A DNA stretch of 64,000 nucleotides, taken from assembly GCF_009914755.1 (NCBI RefSeq), contig NC_060937.1. One strand, given 5' to 3'. Position numbers and translations under genes: made by a program. This DNA comes from the human T2T-CHM13v2.0 reference genome, Homo sapiens. Under the pieces are notes generated by a model. The model saw only the letters and a program-made list of their open reading frames with translations, did no database searches and was not told the DNA's origin. Shown here piece after piece: positions 1-14,310 of the stretch. Within the stretch, counting starts at the first letter, position 1; every line of letters starts with the position of its first letter.

Positions 1-123
1 TACACACATATATATATACACACACATATATATGTGTATATATATACACGTATATATACACACACATATATAAGTGTGTGTATATATATATATACACACA
101 CATATTATACACACACATATATA

Positions 124-157
<34 letters not shown>

Positions 158-158
158 C
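1..158. repeat. (TA)n/(CA)n/(TG)n compound microsatellite
   Basis: Alternating purine-pyrimidine dinucleotide runs seen directly. Confidence 0.95.
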
Positions 159-162
159 CATC

Positions 163-262
163 TTGATTTGTGTAAGTATACTCTATGATGTTTGCATAAC
201 AACAAAATCACCTGAGGATGCATTTCTCAGAACATATCCCCATCTTAAGCAATGCATTACTG
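163..262. mobile_element. Tigger3/MER47-type TcMar-Tigger DNA transposon terminus
   Basis: tgtgtaagtatactctatgatgtt...gcatttctcagaacatatccccatcttaagcaatgcattactg followed by TA matches the recalled Tigger3/MER47 end. Confidence 0.75.
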
Positions 263-593
263 TAATCCCTATGTTGACCAGAACCTGATGCTGGGCACAT
301 CAAAGTTTCTCTATTCCATCTCTCCAGAGAAAGCTCTCCTGTCACCTACTAGCAAGAGCCAAGGACAGTATTCTGGCTGTCCTGGGAGGGTAGTGGGGAA
401 ATGGTTCTGAGGTCTAGTGTTCCTTATAAAAGAGTTACAATAAATTATCCTGGCTTCAGTCTCAGATAAATGTCTTTACTGCATTTAATCATAAATTGAA
501 GAATTTTCATGAAAAAAACTGAATTAAAAATTGTTTGAAAACATTTTTAAATGTGATTTAATATTTCAGTTTACCTTAAGCGACTTTAATATA

Positions 594-1120
594 CGGTGAA
601 TTCTCATTATGTATGGTAGTTATGTTTTGTAAAGTCACTGAAAATAGTGAATTAATAAATACTGAGCCATTGCTCCTGGGGAATTACTGTCTATTCATAT
701 ACTTATACATATTTCACATAGATTATACTTATAAATCCTAAAAGCAACTTACCCTGGTAGATTCAATTTTCTTTATTTTACAAAAAAGAAAACAAAATGT
801 AAAAGTTTTAAGAGACTGGCCTGAGGCCTCCCACTAACAGCTGCCAGAATAGAGATTCAGATTCTCTCTTCCTGGCCCCAGAGCAGAAGCCTATTGTACT
901 ACACTGCAGTGTCCCCTACTGTCTTTATCCTCTGGTCATCTCTGCATAAGAAATAAAACAGAAAGGCAAGCTTCAAATTTATCTACCTCCTCTCCTTCCA
1001 CTTTGTATGTCTGCAAATAGCTGTGAAAGTGTCACCAGAATTGGTTCTGGGGTTACAAATACATTTTAGCAAGTAGGCAAATTTGCAAATATAGAATCTG
1101 TGAATAATGAAGATTCATTG
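594..1120. mobile_element. MER82-like TcMar-Tigger element
   Basis: Imperfect terminal inverted repeats (cggtgaattctcattat / ataatgaagattcattg) with TA on both sides (592-593, 1121-1122). Confidence 0.7.
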
Positions 1121-1348
1121 TACATTTTTATTCTCCACAAAGATTACAAAGTGTATAATAGTCCATACATTTGTGTTACTTTGATACTCTTATTGTTGCT
1201 ATTGTTGTTACTCTTGTGTTTGCCACAGTGCATCAGTTGACAAATCATTAAATATGAAATCTTTGGTCAGTAGGCTTTCAAACAAATCTTTTCGTCTTAA
1301 AATTGTCAATAGTGTGCACTAAAAAGTGTCATTTAAACTACTGCAGGA

Positions 1349-1660
1349 GGCCAGGCGCAGTGGCTCATGCCTGTAATCCCAATGTTTTGGGAGGTCAAGG
1401 CAGGCAGATAACCTGTGGTCAGGAGTTGGAGACCAGCCTAGCCAACATGGTGAAACCTTGTCTCCACTAAAAATACAAAAATTACCCGGGCGTGCTGGCA
1501 TGTGCCTGTAGTCCCAGCTACTCAGGAGGCTGAGGCAGGACAATTGCTTGAACCTGGGACATTGCAGTGAGCTGAGATCGTGCCACTGCATTCAGCCTGG
1601 GCGACAGAGTGAGACTCCATCTCAAAAATAATAATAATATTAATAAAATTAAAATAATAA
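1349..1660 (+). mobile_element. AluS SINE
   Basis: GGCCAGGCGCAGTGGCTCATGCC start, dimer, A-rich tail, TSD core tactgcagga on both sides. Confidence 0.95.
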
Positions 1661-1977
1661 AATACTGCAGGAATCCCTTTGATGCTGAAATAATGGTCTA
1701 AATATGAATAAGAATAGGTACAGATTAAGAAGTTGGTTATTCAACAATTATTTTAATTTTTAATCATTTTATATTTTTCTTAGTCTGCTAGCTAGGAAAA
1801 TATTCAGTAATTATATCTTAATGAAATAGTTCTGACATTTTGATGGAAGGTTAAAAATAGAAAAAAAATCTCAGTTCCTCAAAATATTTGTAATATTTAT
1901 TTTGGACATGTAAAACATTTTTCAGCTAGAAAATGCAAATAATAAATACATTGTATTTTTTTTTAATAAAGCTTACA

Positions 1978-2356
<379 letters not shown>

Positions 2357-3341
2357 TTAAATTTTAATCGAGAAACTTGGGTGGAGTTTTTTTTTCCAAT
2401 GCATAAATTTGAGTGAATCAAAATACGTTTATCTCATCTTAAAAATTTAATCAGACTTACATCTTTGAGAACAACATAAACAATAAAGCCAAGTAGTCAA
2501 TAATACCAGATTTAGTTAGTCATTTGATTAAAACTGATAGCTACAAAATCAAAAGCATCATTATTTCTAAAAAATACTAGAATTACTAGTTTTCTACTGA
2601 TTATTTGTTAACTGTTACATATTTAAGTACCACAGAATAGCAAGAAAATAAGAAAAATCATTCCAAATCATACAAATTATATCTGTGCTAACAATATGCA
2701 ACCACAAAAATAAAACCAGCTAGTGAATAAAAAAAAGGCTTCTTCCTCATAGAAAATTATACAATGTTAGCAAGCTTATGTCATCTAACAATGGCATTTA
2801 CATAATAAAAATTACTTTATATTTTTATATCACCTGTATATCTTTTGATCTAATTTATCACTGCAATTGATAAATCTCAAGAGGAAAGTTTGTTCTGTTA
2901 AAATACACACTTTTTTGTATGTTGTTACAACTATCAGAACTGCTGTTTATATTTTCATATGCCAACTTTTCTTAAATTCTCATAAACACTGACACTTATA
3001 TCTACCTATATGTTTTATAATATCGTGGGAGATAAATGATTTACTTTTTATTTAATTACCATTAAGTTGAATATTTTTCCATGAATTAGCTTGCTTTTGA
3101 TATTTTTATACTAATATAAATGTCTCCTTTGTGAGTTTCCTTTTTAAGTATTTTATCCATGTTTCATTTTTATTGGCTTTTTCACCTTCAGTTTTTATTT
3201 CATATATCTAAAAAATAATTTCCTAGATTGTTGTTTGCCTTTCAATTTTTTCCACAATATATGTTTAATAGAAACTGTATGCTAATTACATTCTTTTATT
3301 GGATGCTGAGATATTATGGAATACATCTTAAAAATCTCTCT

Positions 3342-3553
3342 GCCGGCGCGGGGGCTCACGCCTGTAATCCCATCACTTTGGGAGGCTGAGGTGGGTGGAT
3401 CAAGAGGTCAGGAAATCGAGACCATCCTGGCCAACATGGTGAAACCTCGTCCCTACTAAAAATAAAAAAATTAGCTGGGCGTGGTGGCGCATGTAATCCC
3501 AGCTACTGGAGAGGCTAAGGCAGGAGAATCCCTTGAACCAGGGAGTTGGAGGT
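3342..3553 (+). mobile_element. AluS (Sc-like), 3'-truncated
   Basis: Alu left arm and part of the right arm; stops after ggaggt with no tail. Confidence 0.9.
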
Positions 3554-3866
3554 CACCTTGTACTACCTAATCAAAATTTTAAGTCTAGAAATTAAATATA
3601 TGACTATAATAAGCTCTGAAATATAGAAGTAAAATAGTAAAAGAAAAGTTGTTTCATGCAAAATAGTGAATAATACTTTAGAATACTACTTTGTTACACT
3701 AAAATTTTTCTAAATACTAGGTAGTGGATCAAATTTGTCACACTCAAAATATCAAATATATGTCAATTTGAGAAGCACATTGAAATTTGGACATTGAAAT
3801 TTAATTATCATTTTGTTGTTTTATTATAAACAACATAAAGAGATAGCTTTATGTTGTATTATTACT

Positions 3867-4138
3867 TCCTGATAAAGGCCCATTCATTTTTTTCTAAAAT
3901 TATTTAATTCCTCCTAAGTTGCCTATATCTTCTCCTCCTCATTTTCCCTGTGAAGTGGTATGTGAACTCCCAAATCTCGCCATTGTTTTGAGAATTTACT
4001 TTTTTTCCCTGTGATTCCCCTCTGCCCATAAAAAATGTTTCTACCTTTTCTCCTGCTAATCTGCCTTTTGTCAGTTTATTTCATAGACCTAGTTACTGAA
4101 CCTCAGAGCATAAAGAGAAAGCATTTCCCTTCTCTACA
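3867..4138 (+). mobile_element. ERV1 (MER4-group, MER34/39-like) LTR 3' fragment
   Basis: ccttttctcctgctaatctgccttttgtcagt motif and a ...ctctaca end. Confidence 0.5.
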
Positions 4139-4531
4139 GTTCTCCATGTTATAATTTAATAATTTCCTGTTATTGAGTCATTAAAATACCTGAATTATTT
4201 TCTATTATAAATATCAAATTATTAAATATATAATGTTTTCACACATTTCTGATTATTTTATTAACGTCAACTTTTAGAAATATAATGCTTTTCCTTAAAG
4301 GATAAAAACACTCTGATTATCTTAACATATTTTGCTAGATTACATTTGAAAGTATGTTCCAATTTTCTTTCAGTATTTTGTCTGCAAAAGCAAATGTGGT
4401 GCTAAAATTACATGTAAAAGAAAGTCTTTGTATATCCTAAATTTGAAAAATAATTTGGATTTAACATAAATTCTCATTGAACAACATTTTTTTCTGAAAG
4501 CACAAGAAAATTTGTGGCCTTTAGGTTATAG

Positions 4532-4758
4532 CAGTGATTGTCAACCTCAGCACTCTTGACATGCTGGGCCATAGGCTTCTTATGTGGGTGCTGTCCTGAT
4601 CACTGTCTGGTGTTTTATATAATAGCATCCTTGGCCTATTCTCACTGCATTCCAGTATCATCTGACCCCTCTCTAGCTGTAACAACAAAAAGTACCTCCA
4701 GCCATTGCCAAAAATCCCCTGGAGGGCAAAGCTGTCCCTTCCTCTCTGACAATCACTT
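4532..4758. mobile_element. MER20 hAT-Charlie element
   Basis: cagtgattgtcaacctcagcact...tgacaatcact termini and the internal ctccagccattgccaaaaatcccctgg motif. Confidence 0.8.
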
Positions 4759-5834
4759 CATTTTAGAGAAATGGGCTCACAGACACGTCACATTCAGAAA
4801 CTTATCAAATAGTGAGTGAGTAAACAAAGCATTTTATGCAGTCACAGCATACATATGATGATGTGTATACACGCACATCTCCCAGTGCATTTTATATTTG
4901 GGTCATATGCTAACTACTATTTTACAAAAATATTTTCTCCATATCTGTTAAATTTATTCCTTAATTATCTAAATATGAAAATCATAGCCAATTGAGAAAG
5001 TTGTTTTATATTCATATAGTTTATACTGATATATTATAAAATTATACTATAAAATTGATATACATTATAAAATTAAGAGTATACATATTAAGATAAAATA
5101 AGTGATTTAATATTTTAACTCAGAATGACTGAAAGCAACTCACTGTGTTTGGAGAAGAGAGAGTGCTATCAAAATAATAGGAATTCATAAATGTCATGTT
5201 CAAATAATGTCTTTTGGAAATCAATGATAATCGCCTTTGCATAGGGAATAATAACTCTCATTCATCTCTAGAGAACCGACCATGTCTTTAATACCTTTCT
5301 GTTAATGAACATGGGGTAGGATAATTTTCAAAGTAAATATACAGACAAAATTATACACATCAATGGCATTTAAAAGTTTTCATACAATATTTCAATGGAA
5401 TGTATTTTGTAATAATTTATTTCTTCCTGTTTCAGCACTTAACAAATTTCTTGTAAAAAACATTTATGTTTTACTGAATTAACGTTGGAAAATCAACAAC
5501 CTTTCCAAAAATTTGAGGGTAAAAGTTTTTGAGTAGCTTTTTCATTGGCTTGTGATTACTTTGTCAAAAATTGTCCATCAATAAGAAAATCTATGATACC
5601 TGCAGTGTGCCTTTGTCAAAATCCATATTACGACTATAAGTTTCTACAAAACAGTTTAACTAGTTTCCTCTCTGTTTTTTTTATCTTCTTTAATTCAAAT
5701 AGACTTTAGAGATAATGTAAAGCACTCCTCCAATTTTATAAATAAATGAATTAAAGCTTTTCTAATTGAGGGTCATGCACATTGTCACACAGCCAGATAA
5801 AAGCAGTAGAATGCCTCAACTTTAAAAAGCTGTA

Positions 5835-6178
<344 letters not shown>

Positions 6179-7644
6179 TTAAATATTTAAACATAGACAA
6201 TCTACTTTCCTTGAAAATCAATGGCACCTAATAAGTTTGTCCATTTGAAGATCAGGTAAAGACAGAAACAAGTAATGTCTTTCATATTGTAAGAATTCAA
6301 AAATCATTTCAATAAATAATAGAAAGTCAGGATCATAGATTATATTCTGATGTGATAAAGTGAACATCACAGAAATTGTTAAGTGGTTAATATTAATATA
6401 CATGGCTTTATAAAGCTTTATAGCTTTAATAAAATATTTTAAAAATTATTTTTATATTTACTGTGAATTTGCACCTTTTTATGAATATTTTGGAATTATT
6501 ATCTCTAAGTTCCAAAGAACTCCCTTTGTGGCATCATATATAACTTTCTACATCCTTTCCAAAATTTTCAATCAGTAATAACTTACTAGTTTCTGAAATA
6601 GAACTGTAAGATTAATGGTAAATCAATAATGTTAACTGAATTAAACATGTTTGATTCCATTTTATGACTATTTCCCTAAGCCCTTCTAATATTATGAAAG
6701 GACATAAACCAAAGAGTATTATCATTTTATTTGTACAGTATAAATGCTTTGTTTTTTAGAGTCTGAGATACTAAAAGCTTTTCCTCTGAAAGTATTGTGG
6801 AGAAAAAGTAATGTCTTCATTTTAAATCTGACCATTTCAGCACACAGATTCAATTTACGCATATAATCCATATAAGATAGCTTTATTTTGAGTCCATCTC
6901 ACATTGTGTGTCAGTAATAAATAGAAGTATTCATTTTGAAGTATTTTTTAATGTATGAAAACCAGCATAGAATCCCATACTTTAGGATTTTTTTCCCCTT
7001 GTACAGAATGAGATCTAGTGTTTTTTGAACTCAAGGCTTGTGGTGCTGTGTTATTTCAGAAAAAGCTCAGCTGGTGCTTGTCCAGTGGGATGATCTGGCA
7101 TAGAATAGTATTAAAAAGAAATCACGACACGCTATCTTAAACACTGATAGACAAAAAAGATTTGTTGGTTTATCTTTTATACATATTCGACTCAAAGCAA
7201 TGTATTCTTTCTCATGAATAAAATTATACTTTAATCATATCTTTGACAATGCTTTGTTTCTCATCTCATCAAAAATCATTCTTCTTAATTTAATCTAGCA
7301 CTATATCTGGTTTGAAGTTAAAATATCCACCATCTTAAGATGCTGACTTAGTTGCAAGAATATCCTCTTATTCCTCTCTCACCAGCACATATGAACAAAT
7401 TTTAAAATTTTAGTAACAAAATATAAATATAATATTTTAATTATAAACATGGCTTCTTTAAAATTTTTTAAAACTCTGTGGTGATGCATTTATAGTATTT
7501 GTAAAAATATGCTAAATCTTATAAATGTTCTTCTTAAATTATACTGGTGTTAGAAGTATAGTTGCATAGATCACCATGAAAAGAGGAATAGACAGAACAG
7601 TAAAAGAGGCTAATGTATTATATATTGAATTCTTGTTTGGTAAT

Positions 7645-7996
7645 TGGTATGGTTTGGCTCTGTGTCCCCACCCAAATCTCATCTTGAATTGTAATTTCCA
7701 TGTGTTGAGGAAGTGAGGTTATTGGATCATGGGGGCGGCTCCCCCATGCTGTTCTCATGATAGTGAGTGAGTTCTCATGAGATCTGATGGTTTTATAAGT
7801 GTTTGACAGTTCCTTCTTCATATGCTCTCTCTTGCCCACCACCATGTAAGACATGCCTGCTTCCCCTTCCACCATGATTCTAAGTTTCCTGAGGCTTCCC
7901 TAGCAATGTGGAACTGTGAGTCAATCAAACCTCTTTTCTTTATAAATTGCCCAGTCTCGGGGTATTTCTAAAGCAGTGTGTAAATGGGCTAATACA
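7645..7996 (+). mobile_element. THE1 (C/D-like) MaLR solo LTR
   Basis: tggtatggtttggctctgtgtccccacccaaatctc...ctaataca; 5-bp TSD GTAAT. Confidence 0.9.
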
Positions 7997-8729
7997 GTAA
8001 TATTTCTTTTACATATATTATTATATTTAATTTTTACAAAAATGTTTTAAAAAATACTATATATGTTAATGGAGAAGGAAAACAAAGGTATCTAGAAGTT
8101 GACTATACATGCATATAAACAGGATTAGGAAGATTTGGTTCCAGAATACAAATCAAAGAAATTCCCATTTTGAAACTTAGTATGACTTCCAGATAGAATC
8201 TTGAAGGATAATGATGAAGAATAAAAAGAGTAAGATTGGAAACTACAAGAAAAAGGATCAATTAATAGGGATGCAAGAAGAGATTTAAGACATTAGATAG
8301 AAAAAGTTAAATTTGATTAAAATATTTTCACATGACAAAAGTTTTAAATATAACTCTTGAGAGTTATAAGAAAAATAAATCTGTTTTAGTTAGAATCAAA
8401 GGAAGTTGTCATGACTTAGATAGGGTGAGAAGACAGTTGGTGAAATTATCAAATTTCTCAGGGGACTTCGGCTACCAGGCTATTCCTAACATAAATTCTG
8501 TAATGAGTTTGAAGGAGCAGTTGTCTGAAGAGGACACTAAACATGTTAGGACATATAGAACTACTAGAAAGAATAGGGCAAGTCAACAGGGAGCATGGCA
8601 GATTAACCTGATTTGACATTACGGGTCTACTAAGTCTAACATAATTGGACTTACTCCACCTTTAAAGAATCTCTATAAATGCACTTGATACATAAAATGT
8701 CAAGTAAATAGCATCTATAATTTTATTAT

Positions 8730-9200
8730 TCAGACTCCAGTAGGAAAGAGATCACACACTGATATATAAGGATGCTGTATATCATTAATTTTTCAGCCAA
8801 AATAAAACTTTCAAAGATTTATACAGAGTGTATGGTACCCACGAGGGACCATGCAGTAGTTTAGGACTAGTGATAGCAAACTTTTCACCAACTCTAAGCT
8901 TGAAAACTCAAGAGTATAGAAAGGTTAATGGAAACTATATGAAGAAAAGTCTGTCTTAAGAGGAACAGTGGCTTTTATTTAAGTGACAAGGCCACCAAAG
9001 TGGCCCCTGAGGGAGATGTACTCTGTGGAATAAACAGTCTAACTTTCCTCTGTTCCTCCATTCTCCTTCAGTGGCTTCCCATTGGTGGAAACCAACTGGA
9101 AGTCTAAAGCAAGGGATATAATCTATATAGGCAAAAAGCATGATTAAAGTGCAGAGGAACCCAGAAGACAAATGAAAGGTATTTAACCCAGTAACTCTTT
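8730..9200. mobile_element. Old ERVL/MaLR-type LTR fragment; donor of the inverted copy at 9857-10018
   Basis: Degenerate cccattgg..aaccaactggaagt and gagatcacacact motifs; family uncertain. Confidence 0.4.
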
Positions 9201-9642
9201 CAGCCACAGCCATGTCTTCTCTAAATGCTATTAGATTCTCTTACTTTATCTCTGCATTTTCTGGATAACCCTTTTATATCTTCTCTTTTCTCCAAAATTT
9301 CTTATGCCTTATGTCCAATCCTCATTTTCAGCTGTTTACCTAGTTTCACTGAGAAAATATGGGCAATCAAAGAGAACTTTCCCTAGCTTCCAGTCTCACA
9401 AATATCCCACTACCAGCATAAATGTGTATGCTCTGCCTTTTTAAAATCACCATTGATAAACTAAAGACAAATTATTCATTTGTACATTAGATTTCATATA
9501 CAGTATTAGTGTCTACTCAAGCATATCACTCTAAAAATCATACTTTTTTCATGCATCATAAATTTTACCTCATATTTAATCCTTTTCACTGACATACTAA
9601 GATACAGCTAAATTGTTAATTAAGAAAAATCCTCTACCAATT

Positions 9643-10262
9643 GTAGGGAGATATTCTCCATGGGTCTATTACATTTGCACACATCTTGCAAAGAGAAGTA
9701 CTAACTATTCTTGGTTTCAGATGATCTTTCCAATGATATTTGTATAGGATATTTGTATAGGAATCAGCCAAAGACAATAGAATTAGTGTCTCCTGCTAAG
9801 CTAAGGAAGAACTTTCTTTCATCCCAGTACAAAAAACTCAAGTGAGTGTCAGGGTATTTATTCCACAGAGTACTTCTCCCTCAGGGGCCTCTTTGGTGGC
9901 CTCATCACTTAAATGAAAGCCATTGCTCCTCTTAAGACAGGACATTCTTCATTATAGTTTCCATTAACCTTTCTCTATCCTTGGCTTTTCAGGCTAAGGG
10001 TAGATGAAAAGTTTCCTAAACTGAGGTATATTTTTCTGTAACTCACCCCACTGCATATGGAAGATGGGGCTCACAGAAAAGACATTAAAATGCTAAAACT
10101 CTGGCTACTTCTGGCTAGTGCTGTAAATAATAAACTTCCATCTCTGACCCAGCTGTCTTGAGTTTTCTACCAGCATTCATGAAACTACAGTAAACTAAAT
10201 TGTTAAATTAAAAAGCAAGCCAAATTGTTAGATTATAATGAAAATAGACCCTTTACTGACAT
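9643..10262 (+). mobile_element. LTR47-like ERVL LTR carrying an inverted insertion
   Basis: tgtagggagatattctccatgggtct start, aataaac-tctctgacccag region, ...tgaca end. Confidence 0.6.
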
Positions 10263-11200
10263 CAATCCCATTTTTCTGCTACACAATTCTTTGCAGCAAG
10301 ACTCCTGGAAAATGTTGTCTATATTTATTACCTCTAATTGCACTTCTCCCATTCTATTCTGATTGTCACTCCTCTGCTTCCGTTAAAGTTTGACTGTAAA
10401 TGTGCTTAACTCAATAGTCAATTCATAGGTCTCATTTTACATTATCTATAGCCAATATTTGATGCTTTTGATCACCTATTCCATTATTTGGAAGCTCTTT
10501 CTTTGCTCAGTTTCTAAAACAATGCCATGATGATTTTTGTTCTCCCACACTGGATGTTTCTTCTCAGTATCTTTTGCAGATTTCTCCTCATCTTTGCAGT
10601 CTGCTGAGAGTCCAGCCCTTCAGATTAAAAAGGTTGGCATTGAAACATTTCCCATTGCTTTCTACCTATACTCCTTTGACTATTTCTCTTAGTAATATGA
10701 CTTTAATTATCTATAGACACTGACAGTAGTGCATTTACATGTACATCCCAGAACTTTCTCTTTTAACTTCACACTCATATCCAACTGCTTGACACATTCA
10801 CTTGAAAGTAAAATTGTCATAGCAAACTTAACATGTCTAAAATGAAACTACTTTTTTTCTCCTCTAAGCCTATCCCTTTCACAACCTTTAATTCTGTATA
10901 ATGTCAACCACATCTTTAGGTTGTTCAAGCCAAGAACATTAACATTTTCCTTCACTTCTCTCTTCTTCTCACATCAGAAATCTAATCTTTCACAAATCCC
11001 TTTGTCTCTCCTTCAGGGCAGTTTAGACCTTATAACCTCTTATTATCTCTACTGCTATACCAGATGTAAACCTCCATAATCTCTCATAGGTATCACTGCA
11101 ATAGCCTTCTAACAGATCTCAATGCTTCTACTCCTCTCACCAATGTTTATCCTTATCACAATAGTCAGAGAAAACCTCCTTTTCTATAAAATAATCTATT

Positions 11201-11519
11201 GGCCAGGCGCGGTGGCTCACGCCTGTAATCCAAGTACTTTGGGAGGCCAAGGTGAGCGTATCACGAGGTCAGGAGTTCCAGACAAGCCTGACCAACATGG
11301 TGAAAGCCGGTATCTACCAAAAAATACAAAAAAAATTTAACTGGGCGTAGTGGCACGAACCTGTAATCCCAGCTACTCGGGAGGCTGAGGCAGGAGAATC
11401 ACTGAACCTGGGAGGCAGACGTTGCAGTGAGCTGAGACGGCATCACTGCACTTCAGCCTGGGTGACAGAACAAGACTCCATCTCAAAAAAAAAAAAAAAA
11501 AAGAACAAATAAAAAATAA
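11201..11519 (+). mobile_element. AluS (Sg-like) SINE
   Basis: Full dimer, poly(A), TSD core atctatt. Confidence 0.95.
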
Positions 11520-12186
11520 AGATCTATTACTACTGTGATCAAAGACCCCTGTTGGCTTCCTAATTCATGGACAAAATCAAGTTACAGTTACCTAGATAAC
11601 TCTTTACCTCCTATTTTACCTCATGTCCTCTCTAACTCACTTCGCTCAGTCCACATTGGCCCTGTGATGTCCCAAAAACTCTGTCGGCACATTCCATCCT
11701 CAAGACCTTTATACTTCCTCCAGATATCCACAAAGATGTTTCCCCTATCTCTTAGGACTTGGCTCAAATGTCACCTTCTTCCTTAAATTTGCAATTCCCT
11801 GCCCCATGGTATGGCTTATATGTCTCTGTTTTCCCCCTTAATTATTATTTCATATAATTTCCATTTTTACTTAAATATTAGCAGCTATATCATGGGTTCT
11901 TTGTGGAAATTATTTAGTCTTTTTTTAAGACTTCGATAATCTTGGCAGTTAGAATAATCCCTTACGCAAAATTATCAAAAAAATCTTAAAATTCTTTTCT
12001 TATCCTCATTACCTGTCTAAATTTGTGACTTCTATATACTGTTTTTTGTTTTTGCAAAATCTGAGTTTGTTGAAACAATAATGCAAGTATCCATTGAAGA
12101 GGAGGGGGAGTGTAGATAGAAGTGCTTTAGAGAAAAGGAAAAAGAGAAAGATGTCTGATTTACAAATGAGAAGAACTCTGAAAGTT

Positions 12187-12647
12187 GTAATTAGGGGTTG
12201 AATTGTGTGCCCTAGAGTGACATATTGAAGTTCTAATCCCCAGTATCTGTAAATATGACCTAATTTGGAAATAGAGTCTTTGCAGATGTAATCATATTAA
12301 GAAAAGGTCATTAGGGTTAGCCCGTAATCCAATATCAGCCCAATCCACCATCCATGATTTCTGTCTTTAGTAGAAGAGGAGAAGAAGCATAGGTAAAGAA
12401 GACCGTGTGAAAATGGAGACAAGATTGGAATGATGTATCTACAAGCCAAGGAACAGCAGGGATTGGCAACTGTCACCAGATGCTAAGAGAGGGATGGAAC
12501 AGATTCTGAACATTCAGAAGGAACCAAACATTCTGACAGCATGATTTCAGACTTCTAGCTTCCAGAACTGTGAGAAAATAAATTTCTATTGTTCTAAGCC
12601 ACCCTACACGTGGTATTTTGTTATGGCAAGCCTAGGAATCTAATAGA
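12187..12647 (+). mobile_element. MLT1B/C MaLR LTR
   Basis: ttgaattgtgtgccc...tttggaaatagagtctttgcagatgtaat...tccagaactgtgagaaaataaatttctattg. Confidence 0.85.
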
Positions 12648-12984
12648 GTTGGCATGTCCAAAAAGAAATTCAATATGTGTCATTATACTTGTTAGATACC
12701 AAGAGAACAAAGGGAGTGGATGTCTAGTCAAGTAAGTTATATTCTAGACACTAACCACCAAGTCTCACCAGCAACAATCTGGTTACTTAGTATGGCATGT
12801 GAGCAGCAGGGATACTTTACCTGCTTGTATCCTAAAGGTGAGATGGTAAGTTTCCTGATAAAACTTCAGTGAACAAATGATTGACTGATGGGCCTCCTAG
12901 AGTTTGACTCTAACTATAACCTTACTGCTTTGAAAATCTATGGAGTAGAGAGAGAATTTAAAAATCCCTTTGTAATGGTGTAAA

Positions 12985-13902
12985 TTATTTTCTTTTTTTA
13001 AAACTTTTATTTCAGTTTTGGGAGTACATGTGAAGGTTTGTTATATAGGTAAACTCATGTAACTGGGGTTTGTTATACAGATTATTTTATCACCCAGGTA
13101 TTAAGCCTAGTACCCAATTTTTGTCTTTTCTGCTTCTCTCCCTCTTCCCACCCTCCACCCACAAGTAGTCCCCAGTGTCTGTTGTTTTCTTCTTTATGTT
13201 CATGAGTTCCCATCATTTAGCTTCCACTTGTATGTGAGAACATGTGGTATTTGGTTGTCTGTTCCTGTAATAGTTTGCTGAAGATAATAGCCTCCAGCTC
13301 CATCCATGTTCCCACAAAAGACATAATCACATTCATTTTTACGGCTGCATAGTATTCTGTATTGTATATGTACCACATTTTCTTTACCCAATCTGTCACT
13401 GATGCACATTTAGGTTGATTCCATATCTTTGCTATTGTGAGTAGTGCTGCAACGAACATTTACATCCATCTGTCTTTATGGTAGAATGATTTAAATCACT
13501 CTGGATATATACCGAGTAATGGTATTGCTGGGTTGAATGATATTTCTGACCTCAGGTCTTTGAGGAATTGCCACATTGTCTTCCACAATGGTTTAACTAT
13601 TTTACACTCCCACCAACAGTGTATAAGTATTCCCTTTTCCCCACAACCTCACTAGCACCTGTTATTTTTTGACTTTTTAATAATAGTCATTCTGACTGGT
13701 GTGAAGTGGGTATCTTTCAATTTGCATTTCTCTAATGATCAGTGATACTGAGTTGTTTTTTTTTTTTTTCATATGCTCGTTGGCTGTATGGATGTCTTAT
13801 TTTGAAAGGTGTCTGTTCATGTCCTTTGCCCACTTTTTAATGATGTTGTTTTTATCTTATAAATTTGTTTAACTTCCTTATAGGTGCTGGATATTAGACT
13901 TT
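12985..13902 (-). mobile_element. L1PA (about PA13-16) 3' end
   Basis: Antisense L1 3'UTR and ORF2 C-terminus (MFVAALLTIAKIWNQPKC). Confidence 0.9.
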
Positions 13903-14149
13903 ACAACTTTGAAGTTGAATACTTGGATTTATATTTTATTTAAGTATAAGCATTTTAAAATACGCTATGCCACATGCCCTTGATGTTGTCATTGAGATGC
14001 ATACCTGATGCAAATGTAAAATTATCTAGATTATTGGAAGAAAATATAATGCTGATTTTTCTCTCAATTATCTGGACATTACAAGTAAAATGTTTTATCT
14101 ATGTTGCTTAGGTTTTTGCTTAAGAAATTTTTAAATTTTGCTGCTGTGG

Positions 14150-14310
14150 AAACAGCATTGACTTTAGGTACCAAATTCATATACTTAAGACTTCATTAGT
14201 TTCTTTACTATCACTTAACCTTCAATAACCTGGAATTTTTTGGGTTTTAGTTACCTCTTTAAAAATGTGAATAACAGTACCTAACTTATTAGAAATGTCT
14301 AGGACAATAA
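14150..14310 (+). mobile_element. MIR fragment
   Basis: tcacttaacc...agttacctctttaaaaatgtgaataacagtaccta core. Confidence 0.5.

Larger units (their letters stand above)
9210..11950 (+). mobile_element. L2 LINE fragments interrupted by an LTR and an Alu
   Basis: C/T-rich L2 motifs: ttcactgagaaaat, aaacttaacatgtctaaaatgaaact, gctcaaatgtcaccttc. Confidence 0.65.
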
